From Heterodontus francisci (Eukaryota): a DNA stretch of 64,000 bases. The stretch is from contig NC_090401.1 of the NCBI RefSeq assembly GCF_036365525.1, forward strand, positions 53,578,868 to 53,642,867, written 5' to 3'. A model generated the notes under the pieces. The model was not told the origin of the DNA and did no database searches. It saw only the letters and a list, made by a program, of their open reading frames with translations. This document shows, piece by piece, positions 12,101-23,334 of this stretch. The position numbers and the translations under genes are program-made. The first letter of the stretch is position 1, and every line of letters starts with the position of its first letter.

Positions 12101-13325
12101 TCCCACCCCCCTGCAAGACTAGTTTAAACCCTCCCGAGTAGTACTAGCAAACCTCCCCACAAGGATATTGGTCTCCCTCCAGTTTAGATACAACCCATCC
12201 TTCTTGTACAGTTCACCTCTGCACCAGAAGAGATCCCAATGATCCAAGTAGCTGAAGCCCTCCTGCCTACACCAACTCTTCAGCCATGCATTCATTTGCC
12301 TAATCCTCCTACTCCTACCCTCACTAGCACGTGGCACGGGGAGTAATCCTGAGATTACAACCCTAGAGGTCCTGCTTTTTAATCCTCTGCCTAACTCTCT
12401 ATTCACTTTGCAGGACCTCATCTCTCTTCCTGCCTATGTCATTAGTACCAATATGGACCACGACCTCTGGCTGTTCACCCTCCCCTTTCAGAATGTCCTG
12501 CAGCTGCTTTGAGATATCCTTGACCCGAGCACTAGGGAGGCAACATACCATCCTGGAGCCTCGTTTGTGGCCACAGAAACGCCTATCTGCACCCCTTACG
12601 ATAGAATCCCCGATCACTATAGCTCGTCCAACCCTTTTCCTCCCCTGCTGTGCAGCAGAGCCCTCCGTGGTGCCACGAACTTGGCTGTTGCTGCTTTTCC
12701 TTGGGAGGTCAACCCCCCAACAGTATCCAAAGCGGTATATCTGTTTGAGAGGGGGATGGCCACAGGGGACTCCTGCACTACCTGCTTGTGCCTACTACTC
12801 CGTCTGGTGGTCACCCATCTCTTTTCTGCCTGTGCAGCCATTACCTGCGGTGTGACCACCTCTCTAAACGTGCTATCCACGACTTCCTCAGCATCGTGGA
12901 TGCTCCACAGTGAATCCACCCGCAGCTCCAGCTCCATAATGCGGGTAGCCAGTAGCTGCAGCTGGATACACTTCCTGCACACATGGTCGCCAGGGACACT
13001 GGAAGTGTCCCTGATTTCCCACATAGCACAGGAGGAGCATATCACGGGGCTGAGCTCTCCTGTCATGACTTACCCTTAGATTAATTAGTTACTCCCTTAA
13101 TTAAAAAATACTAATTATACTGGGGGCCTTGTTCTACCCACTTCAATCTAAAGTCCTTAAAAAAAAAACACTTTAGTAGTTAGTACTCACCTTATCACCA
13201 GAGAATTTTTTCCAACAAAAAAAAACTTACCCCTTATTTTTTTAAGATATTCTAACAGCTGCTACTCACCAACCAATCACCTTGCAGCTCTCCTCTAACA
13301 TCACTGTTTGCCTTTTTTTTCACGT
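9111..13325 (-). mobile_element. Essentially full-length but disrupted CR1 LINE (~4.2 kb): 5' UTR, ORF1 (zinc finger plus SGNH esterase), ORF2 (APE endonuclease plus RT), 3' UTR
   Basis: ORF1 pieces CSSC...CRKC, IGDSIVRG, HIGTND, DGLYLN (13066-12119, two frameshifts). ORF2 pieces YFNARSL, TESWL, YYRPP, SDHN, KSPGPD, NYRPVSLTS, DFSKAFD, GVPQG, KFSDDTK (12116-9192, broken). Confidence 0.95.
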
Positions 13326-13777
13326 GATCTTTTACGTCTGCCTGAGAAGGCAGACAAGGCTTCGACTTAATATCTCATCTGAAAGACGGCACCTCCAACA
13401 GTGCAGTGCTCCCTCAGTACTGCACTGGAGTGTCAGCCTAAATTTTGTGCTTAACTCTTTGGACTGGGTCTTGAACCCATAAGCTTCTCAGACAGAAGTA
13501 AAAGTGCTACCACTCAGCCACAGCTGCGCATCAACATTAAATGTGTGAGCGTCAATGCAGCAGAAAATCAGTAGGAAAGAGACTAGATTAATTTCTGATG
13601 AGGGTGAGGAGCTGCCCGGAGGGAAATGAGCTTCACAGTGTTTTACCTTGAAGTTCAATAAGGAATTTATGCCTTTTGAGATAGGACTTTGAGCCACAAA
13701 AAAAGTTTAAACTCTGGAACATTGACCATTAATTCAACCGAGTGATTGGTAATAGTGCACAAGCTGCTCTCGTAACA

Positions 13778-13838
13778 ATGGGATTCCTGAGCTTCCTTCT
13801 CTTTATTACTAACTGTGGGATTATTTGCGTCCAGGGAG
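13778..13838 (+). CDS. SMPDL3B: SMPDL3B coding exon 1 (signal peptide)
   Basis: acaATGG Kozak; MGFLSFLLFITNCGIICVQG-G|gtaagg; 61 nt, phase 1 fits exon 2. Confidence 0.85.
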
Positions 13839-14514
13839 GTAAGGTCTCGTTCATTTTATATTGTTAGTTTCAATCAGAGGTGAAAAATGACTTCATCCGG
13901 TTAACTTATTAAATCGTCTGCTTTACTATTGATCAGCCTTTGTCTGAGCTTCATGTTCTTTTACTTCCTAAGTTCTGAGTGTATTATCTTAGCGCTACTC
14001 TGTTCTCTTCTGCAATATTCCTGCCCCCATCCCCATCATGCCTGAAGACACAGATTTTCATTACCACAGTTCCAAAGGTTACCATCCTTCACATTTGAGG
14101 ATAAACAGTTATTGCCAGAAGCCCTCCACCTATGCCCACCCAATTGCACTTTCCAAGAGTCAGTAGGAGGAATCCTGGCTGATTTTCCTGTCCCTAGTCC
14201 ATCGACACTGACGCAATTGGAAGCAAACTAGTACCCCACCTGAAACCAGCTAGCTCCCCATAGACTGGAAATTGGACACAATATGATTAGATTAGTTACA
14301 CAGCTGATTAAGAGAGCTTCTCTGCCTTTCATAAAGATTGAACGAGCTTCATCTGTGTTGTTTTAGCAAGATATTTTAAATATGCAATAGTCACTAAATG
14401 TGCAGGCCAGGTGTGTTTTGTAGCTGCTTGGATTTCCCGCATTGAGAACAGTTGTTGTGGTGTGAAAAAGCAAGAAGGGTATCTTAATCAAGTGTAAATA
14501 TTTGTCTTTGCCAG

Positions 14515-14725
14515 GTTACTTCTGGCACCTCACAGATCTTCACTGGGACCCTGATTATAACATGACAGAGAACCCAAACACTGTGTGTCCCTCATCTTCC
14601 AAACCTGTAACAAACCCAGGCAAGTGGGGCAGCTACCTGTGTGACTCCAACTGGGACCTTATCAACCTGTCCATTTATACCATGAAAGACCTTCACCCTC
14701 ACCCGGACTTCATTCTTTGGACTGG
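14515..14725 (+). CDS. SMPDL3B: SMPDL3B exon 2
   Basis: ttgccag|GT...GG|gtaagt; YFWHLTDLHWDPDY...LCDS...PDFILWTG (metallophosphoesterase DxH). Confidence 0.97.
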
Positions 14726-17700
14726 GTAAGTGTTTGGAACTATCAGTGGAAATAAAAAGATAATAGCTAGCTTGTGAAATAAACACTAATTAAAATTGTC
14801 CTGTCAGGTACCAAAGGTTACTACAGTTAAAGGGACTAAAATAGTGTGTGGCAAACTTTTATTTTACATAGGGACAAGAGATTTTTTAAAATCATGATGT
14901 TATTTGTAGGTAATGCAGTGTTGTCACCGAACATGATTTATCCTATTACATCATTTCTTTGTACACAACATTTTGTGAAATAAATTTTCAATAAAGGAAG
15001 AGCCTTTTTACAAGATTTGTGCTGTTGGATTGGAAACTCTTCTCTGTCTAAGCCAATGCATTTAAGTTTTCAATAACATATTATAAAGAATATCAGTTGG
15101 AAAGGCGTTAATGAAACAGAAGGTTCTTCATTGACCAAAAGAGTGAATATCACTCGATTGCATTGCAGCAGCAGCAACAAAAATGTTTATTTATATAGCA
15201 CCTTATAACGTAATAAAACATCCCAAGGTGCTTCACAGCAGTATTCCAGAGCAAAATTAGACACTGAGCCACATAAGGTGATATTAGGGCAGATGGTCAA
15301 AAGCCTTTTTAAAAAATTCGTTCTTGGGATGTGGGTGCCTCTGGCAAGGTTAGCATTTATTACCCATCCATAATCGCCCTTGAGCAGGTGGTGGTGAGCT
15401 GCCTACAACTGAGAGACTTGCTAAGCCATTTCAGAGGGTAGCTAAGAGTCAATCACATGGGTGTGGGTCTGGGGTCACATGTAGGCCAGACCAGGTAAGG
15501 ACAGCAGATTTCCTCCCCTGAAGGATGTTAGTGAACCAGATGGGTTTTTATGACAATCCAGTAGTTTCATTATCAATAAGACTAGTATTTTATTCCAGAC
15601 TTATTAATTAATTGAATTTAAATTCCTCCAGCCGCTGTGGTGGGATTTGAAATTAGGTTTCCGGCGCATTAGTCCAGGTCACTGGATTACAAGTGCAGTG
15701 ACATTATCACTATGCTACCATCCCCCAACTGCTTGGTCAAAGAGGTAGGTTTTATGGAGCGTCTTAAAGGAGGAAAGAGAGATGAAGAGGCATGGAGGTT
15801 TAGGGAGGGAATTCCAGAGCTTAGGGCCTAGGTGGCTGAAGGCTTGGTCACCACATCCATCCTGCAGCCTCACTCCTGATATGGAAATGCTCGAAAGTAG
15901 ATTTTGTGAGACGCCAGGCTGTGATGTTTCCATAGCTTAAAAAAAAACACTCACTGTCAACTTACATGATAAATGACCATGTGTGGGAGGTAGTGAAGGA
16001 TGCTCAGTGCCCTGGAATTGTTCTACAGCATGAGCCAGCATCTTAGAGAGCAGTGGGGAGGAAACTTGACTTGCAAAAGCACTGTGCAATTACAAGGAAG
16101 TGCCTTTCTATATAGTGCACTGTGATTGTGGAAGATACCATGATGTTCTTCAAAAGATGATGTGACTTGTTGCATGACAGAATGAAGGGTTGCAACACTG
16201 TTGTAATGAATGTTTCCCATATCATGTGATAGAATTATTTCTGTATTGTTGTCCTTTTCTGCTATTGCAACACTGAAAAACGGGTTGCCAATAAATGCCA
16301 ATTACCTGGCCAATTGACCTCTGATTGGGCACGCTGCTGGGATCTTACCAGCAGTGGATTGGCCTCACGCTGTGTGTGAAGCCTGTCAGGTCCCTGGGGG
16401 TGGCCTCCTGGCAGCAGGCCGGGCAGCCAGAAAATCCTCCTGTATTTAAACCCCACCCCTTCCCAGGCAGCTTCTGCCACAGGGCTACAGCTGTGGCCGC
16501 AGGCTATCCGGTGGAGGCCAGAAGCTTTTGGAGGCGGGACTTCCTGCCTCAGTGGGGCAGAAGGCCCGACTGAAACCAATTCAAGGCCTGGGCCGCGCAA
16601 AATTTTGACATGGCTTCCAGGCTTGGCAGAGGCGGGCTCACCCCTGACCTTTTAGCCAGTGGGAGGGGTCACTGCCGCAATGTAAAATTCCGGCTTCTTT
16701 CTTTGATATTCCCGAAATGTGGAAGAACCTGATCTTTGCTCATCACTTTCATGCTGGCTGAGATCTTTGTGTGGGAGAGTGAGTAGGAGGGACCCTAAAT
16801 ATGAACCCACATCCCACCACACTGTGCTGCTACCAAATCTGCACTGACTCTGCACTGCTCAATTACAGAGATTCCCTAAAGAATAGATACAATGAATAAA
16901 TGTTGATTTCACTTTTGTCTTTCATCAGAAGGCGGTGGGTTCAAATCACACTCCAGAGCTTAAAAGAAAGTAAAGACTTGCATTTATATAGCGCCTTTCA
17001 CAACCTCATGATTTCCTAAAGCACTTTGCAGCCAATGAAGTATTTCTGAAGTGTAATTGTTGTTGTAATGCAGCCAATGCGTACACAGCAAGGTCCCACA
17101 AACAGCAATGAAGTAATGGCCTGATAATTCGTTTCAGTGATGGTGGGTGTGGAATAAGTCTTGGTCAGGATAATGTGGGTAACCAGAGGCAAAATAATGC
17201 ATGGGAACTTTTACGTTGATCTGAGAGGCAGACGAGGCCTCGGTTTAACGTCTCATCTGAAACGTGACCTATATACTGAGGCATTTTCAGAGGTTTCTTG
17301 GGCGAGAATCTAAACTGAAGCCCCATGTGCCTGATTAGGTGGATGTAAAGGATCCCATGGCACTATTTGATGAAGAATGGAAAGCTCCCCTGTGCTCTGA
17401 CCAGCATTCCTCCATCAACCAACACCACCAAAAAATAGATTAATTGGAAAGAGATCAGAGATTTACTGTTTGTGGGACCTTATTGTGCACAGATTGGTGG
17501 CACCTTGTCTATGTGACAATAATGAGTTACTTCAGAAGTAATTAATTGACTGTGAAACATTTGCAGGTATCCTGAAGGTAACATGCTTTATAAATACAAG
17601 TCCTTTCTTCAAGTCTATGATCCCCAGCTACATGTTGGAGTCCATGGGTGGGATTTTGCCAGCTCCCGGGTGATGGGATGGGAGGGGAGCTGGCGGGCAG

Positions 17701-19090
17701 TAAAATGCCAGGGAGCCGTGGTGGGAGGGATCCCTGACGCAGTCCCAACACTGGACCATTTTATCAGCGGCTGGACAGCAGCAGCTCAGCTGCTCAACAA
17801 CCAGAGGCAAGCAGCCAATATAGGCAATTTAAGGGCCATTGGCCACCAGCTTTTTACCAGTGGTGGAGCAGCCCCCCACCACATGGGGAGTGGCCTCCCA
17901 GGAATTTCCCGGTGGGGCCCATCCCATTCAGAGGCTCCATTGCCCAAGGAAGGGGCCCCAGCAGCAAAGGCTACCCTGTGACCCATTGCCACTACTGGAA
18001 GGGTCATCCCTCTGGTCGTTGGGGCCTGTCTGCCTGGCCCTGGCAGAGAAAAGAATTTTCCAACTCCCTTGTGAGGACGCATCAAAGTGGGGGCACCCTC
18101 TTGTTCTCCTCATAGCCTCAGTGTGGAGAGTAAACCCAATGCCCTTAATTGGACGGCAGGACTGGTGGCAGCCAATAAAACAGTCGCCAGTGGGAAGATT
18201 GCCACCACAGTCCCGCTGCCCGCCAATGAGGGCTCGAGGACCCGCATTTGTTTCTGACATTGGGACTTAACCCCTGCCAATAAAATCCTGGCTCTTGAGG
18301 TTCAGCCCCCTGGCTGATAGTTGCTCAAGCATACTTGCCTTCTTGGGTAAATTTGCTCAGTTTTTGGACAAGTTGTGAGAAGTATCACATTTAATCAAGA
18401 CATTTGATTTCAATGAGAACATCAAACAGGCATGAACTACAATTTTATACATCCCTAGGGTCTTTGTGGCTTCAAACAAGAATTTTTTTGTTTACAGAAA
18501 AATAATTTCAAACTGAAAAAATGCAGACAAATTTGCAGCATATTTATAGCATTGTCACCACCATCATTTAGTCCAAGTACATTTTTATGTTAAACTCCCA
18601 TTGTGATACTGCTTCATATGAAATTGCCCTTTTTCACATTTCAGTGTTAACATGGCTCCTATAATCTGTCACAGCTGGCAGAAAAATAATTATATACAAA
18701 ATATATAACAAACCTTTTCCTCTTTTATAGGGTTGTTTTGCAGAGTCATAAAAATTGTGCAGTAGGTTAGGTAGAGAATTACATAAGGGTCTACAGTACA
18801 GAAACAGGCCAATCAGCCCAACTGATCCATGCTGGCATTTATACTCCAAATGAGCATCCTCCCACCCCTCTCCAACTAACCCTATCAACATAGCCTTATT
18901 CCTTTCACTATCATGTGCTTATCTACCTTCCCCTTAAATACATATATGCTCCCTCAACAATTCCTTGTTGTATTGAGTTCCACATTCTTACCACTCTTTG
19001 GGTAAAGAAGCTTTTCCTGAATTTCCTATTGGTGATTATTCTATACTTATGGCCCCAGTTTTGGCACCCCCCTACAAGTGAAAACATTTT

Positions 19091-19210
19091 TACATTTCTA
19101 ACTTTTCCCAGTTCTGATGAAAGGTCACAGACCTGAAACGTTAACTCTGTTTCTCTTTCCACGCATGCTGCCAGACCTGCTGAGTATTTCCAGTATTTTC
19201 TGTTTCTTTT
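19091..19210 (+). mobile_element. Penelope-like-element-derived short insertion with a minimal hammerhead motif, 9-bp TSD
   Basis: TSD aaacatttt at 19082-19090 and 19211-19219, inside an old CR1 3' fragment; body shared with 6295-6400, 37596-37803, 41060-41184 and 59839-60329. Confidence 0.75.
19110..19146 (+). ncRNA. Minimal type I hammerhead ribozyme motif
   Basis: agtt-CTGATGA-a-aggtc(aca)gacct-GAAAC-GTT-aact: core boxes, 5-bp stem II, 4-bp stem I, loopless palindromic stem III. Confidence 0.6.
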
Positions 19211-19589
19211 AAACATTTTCTCTACCTTATCAAACCTGTTTATAAATTTTAAACACCTCTATCAGGTCACCCCCTCAGCATTTCTGTTTTCTAGAGTAAA
19301 GAACCTCAGCTTATACAGCCATTCCTGATAAATAGACCCTTTCAGTTCTGGTATCATCCTTCAGAATCTTTATTGCACCTTCTCCAGTGCCTCTATATCG
19401 TTTTCATAACATGGAAACCAGAACAGTGCAGAGTACTTTAATCAAGGTCTAATCAAGGTTCAATAAAAGTTTGACATGACTTCTCTGCTTTTCAATTCTA
19501 TCAAAGGATTATTTTACAAAGAATCATTCCAAATGTGTGCCTTATTATTAGTGCCTGTGTTTTTTTTGAATTTTGTGAAGAGGGTCTAC

Positions 19590-20869
19590 TGTTATGATCC
19601 CCGTGGAGATCGCCAACAGACCGAAAGAATCAAATCCTCTGACTGACCTCAATTTAGGAAGCTAAAAAACCAAATGGGCAAGATATTACTTTTATAAATT
19701 TTACTTTAACACTCAAACCAAAACTAACATAAATTAAACATGAACTAGCAGTTAAATCATGGTCGATAAAGATTACACATTAATTATCAGATGTAACAAA
19801 GATGGGTCTTGCAAGTCCCCTGCGTAGTCCTTTCAAGATGTATGGCCCACAATACAGTCACACAGTTCTTCACAACCCTGAAATTCCTCACGTAGGTCTC
19901 CAGTTCTTCCAAGATGCAGCCACAATTCCCGACTAACAGCAGTTTCACTTTAATCCCAGACTCCACAGGTACAGTCTTCACCAAAAGAAAAAAGGTGTAG
20001 TTCTGCAGAACTTTCTCAGTTCTCCTCACAACAGGCTTGACTGCATTGGATTCCCAGTATCACCGTTATCCGTGCCCTTCAGTGACATCCCTGTGGGTAA
20101 TCAGTTCATCTTGCCTGGATGGATGAAACTCCAACAACATTCAAGAAGCTCGACACCATCCAGGACAAAGCAGCCTGCTAGACTGGCACCCCATCCACCA
20201 CCTTCAACACTCACTCCCTCCACCACTGACACACAGTGGCAGCAGTGTGTACCATCTACAAGATGCACTGCAGCACCTTCCAAACCCGTGACCTCTACCA
20301 CCTAGAAAGACAAGGGCAGCAGACACATAGGAACACCACCACCTGCAAGTTCCCCTCCAAGTCGCACACCATCCTGACTTGGAACTACATCGCCGTTCCT
20401 TCACTGTCGCTGGGTCAAAATCTTGGAATTCCCTTCCTAACAGCACTGTGGGTGTACCTACACCCCAAGGACTGCAGCGGTTCAAGAAGACAGCTCACCG
20501 TCACCTTCTCAAGGGCAATTAGGGATGGGCAATAAATGCTGGCCTGGCCAGCGACGCCCACATCCCAGAAACAAATAAAAAAACAAACAGAAACAGCTTC
20601 ACTTTCTTCAATCTGCCTATAAAACAAAACCTTCCTGCTGTTTCAGCTTGGATGGCTGTTTCTCACCCTTTTATCTGGTCGCAATCAGTTTTAGTTACCT
20701 CAGCAACCTGAAGTATTTGTTTTCAATTTCTATTAGGGGATTCTGTTCCAAAAGAAAACGTTTGCAGCCAGGATCAATGCACCTGCCAGAGGGTTCGACA
20801 AGCCGCCTTTTCAGAGTACAGTTTGCACTTGTTTCCCCATGGGTTCTACAGACCATAGATTCCATCACA
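19590..20869. mobile_element. Solo LTR in SMPDL3B intron 2, interrupted by a LINE 3' fragment (about 20110-20582)
   Basis: TGTTATG...CATCACA termini; 4-bp TSD ctac at 19586-19589 and 20870-20873. Confidence 0.7.
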
Positions 20870-21034
20870 CTACGACCATAGCAAATTCCTGCTACTTCCT
20901 CTTTCAAATCTAATGTGTGTCATGAACCTGCCCAGAAATTGGAATCTATGGTCTGTAGAACCCATGGGGAAACAAGTGCAAACTGTACTCTGAAAAGGCA
21001 GCTTGTCGAACCCTCTGGCAGGTGCATTGATCCT
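20770..21034. repeat. 95-bp inverted repeat (arms 20770-20864 and 20940-21034, 75-nt spacer)
   Basis: Arms are reverse complements with a single mismatch, by direct reading. Confidence 0.95.
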
Positions 21035-21176
21035 CTGGCAACATTGTTTAGTAATGGGAGATTGAGCCCACTGTGCTCCCAAGAAAAGTCTTGGTCACAA
21101 TCTCACGCACAGGTAAAAGAAATGTGGGCCTACTGCTTCCCGAAATTACTTCCTTTATTTTTCCTGGAACTTTCAG

Positions 21177-21274
21177 TGACGACACTCCTCATGTTGCTGA
21201 CGAGAAGCTTGGTGAGGATGCAGTACTGTGGATAATAGGCAATTTAACCCATCTGATACAAGAGGTCTTTCCAG
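21177..21274 (+). CDS. SMPDL3B: SMPDL3B exon 3
   Basis: tttcag|T...G|gtaggt; 98 nt; DDTPHVADEKLGEDAVLWIIGNLTHLIQEVFP. Confidence 0.97.
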
Positions 21275-21429
21275 GTAGGTGGCAACTTTAAACTCTTATT
21301 AGTACAGCAAACATTTAGTGCAAATGTCTGAAGTGAGCATGGCCAGCCTGGAAAGAAACTCAATCATCAACCAGAACAATTGCTTCCTTTGAATGGTTCA
21401 AAGACACTCTGCCTATAATGTATCACTCA

Positions 21430-21985
21430 ACTCAACTGGAGTATTGCATCCAGTTCTAGGCGCCAAACTTCAGGAAAGATGTGAAGGCATTAGAGAGAGT
21501 GCAGACAAGATTCACAAGAATGGTTCCAGGGATGAGGAACTTCAGTTACACAGATAGATTGTAGAAGTTGGGACTGTTTTCCTTGGAGAAGAGAAGGTTG
21601 AGAGGGGATTTGATAGAGGTGATCAAAATCATGAGGGGTCTGGACAGAGTAGATAGAGAGAAACTGTTCCCATTGGTGGAAGGATTGAGAACAAGAGGGC
21701 ACAGATTTAAGGTAATTGGCAAAAGAAACAATGGCAACATGAAGAAAAACATTTTCACGCAGCGAGTGGTTAGGATCTGGAATGCACTGCCTGAGAGTGT
21801 GGTGGAGGCAGGTTCAATCCAAACCTTCAAAAGGGAATTAGATTGTTATCTGAAGAGGAAGAATGTGTAGGGTTTCGTGGAGAAAGCGGGGGAGTGGCAA
21901 TCAGTACATTCCTCTTTCGGAGAGCTGACATGTCGAATGGCCTCCTTCTGTGCTGTAACAGTTCTGTGATCTATAATGTTCTATA
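21430..21985 (+). mobile_element. CR1 3' fragment
   Basis: LFSLEKRRLRGDLIEVIKI...VVRIWNALP. Confidence 0.88.
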
Positions 21986-23334
21986 ATCTATAATTTTTAA
22001 CATGTTTTTCTCTAGTACAAGCATTGCATTGCTTAAAGGTACCATTCCAAAAGAGCACTGCCTTCATGGAAACAACATAAAAGGTTTTCACAAAGCTTTT
22101 AATGTTGGATGAGTGAGACATCTATGATGCAAACAGCAAACAGCAATATCACACAGAAAAATCAGACAAGAGTGAGGTTGATGCAATTCATATTATTTCA
22201 TTTGGACATGTATGAGTTTTTAATTTTTCATGATGCCCTTCTAACCATAGAGTTAGACATAGGTGGACACTTGCAGTTCTTTAAACAGTTAGTTCAAGAT
22301 CATAGAATGGTTACTACACGGAAGGAGGCCATTAAGCCCATTGTGTTCATGCTGTTTCTTTGTAAAAGCATCACAGCTGGTCCCACTTCCCCACCCTCTC
22401 CCCGTAGCCCTGCAAATATTTTCTCTTCAGATAGTTATTCAATTCTCTTTTGAAAGCCATAATTGAATCTGCCTTGACCACACTGTCAGGCAATGCATTC
22501 CAGATCCTAAAAGATCTTCTAGGAGAGGGAAAGAAAAGACAGTCACACTGGACTTCATTTTGTCAGTTCATAACAGGCACCTGTGAAATAGTTAACGAAA
22601 AATACATCTGTTAGGTTGATTCTGCACATTGCTGGTTAATCCCTTGCCGACACTCTTACTAGTAGCGTGTCCATAACGAGTACTGAGGCCATCTCAGTAA
22701 CTCCTAGGGAAGCCTGTTCTTATCATGTAGACACCTTAAAGAACCACTGCAACAAAAAAAAGTTGGTATTCACAGATGTGAACTGTCTGAGTTTTTAGAT
22801 TCTTAGAATATATCATTCGATTTGAAGAGTCAGCTATTACATCGATATATTATTACAATGTTGCATAAGTTGTGGATTTCCTATCCCTATCCTTTACTTC
22901 CTCATCATGGTTTGTGATCATGCATTAAGGTTAACATTTACCATTGTAAATTGCTGTACCAATACTTCCCATTCTATTTTTCTACATGGTGTCATGGTGT
23001 AGTTACGGGCTCTGGCTATTGGGTCACCCTGTACAGTGGGTTTCTGAGGTCTTTCTCCCAACTCTGATGCCATCATGTATCGACAAAAAGCATGTATTCG
23101 TCAACTGACAATAAACAATGCTGCAGGCAATTTAATCAACATATCATAGAATCATACAGCGCAGAAGGAGGCCATTTGCTCCATTGCGTCTGTGCCAGCT
23201 CTTTGAAAGAGCTATCCAATTTCCTTTTGAAAGTTATTTTTCCACCACCCTTTCTGGCAGTGCATTCCAGGTCATAACAACTCTCTCCGTAAAAAGAAAA
23301 TACAAATTCTCTTCAGCTTCCCACTGGTTCCTTT

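Noticed and set aside
9192-13066. RT plus accessory ORFs as a retron, DGR or defence-like system
   Set aside because: Context is eukaryotic and the domain order (ORF1 esterase, APE, RT, 3' tail) is an ordinary disrupted CR1 LINE
17542-18270. Cluster of overlapping GC-rich ORFs (also 16262-16600 and 40072-40846)
   Set aside because: Lie within GC-rich MITE-like repeats; no protein motifs or splice support
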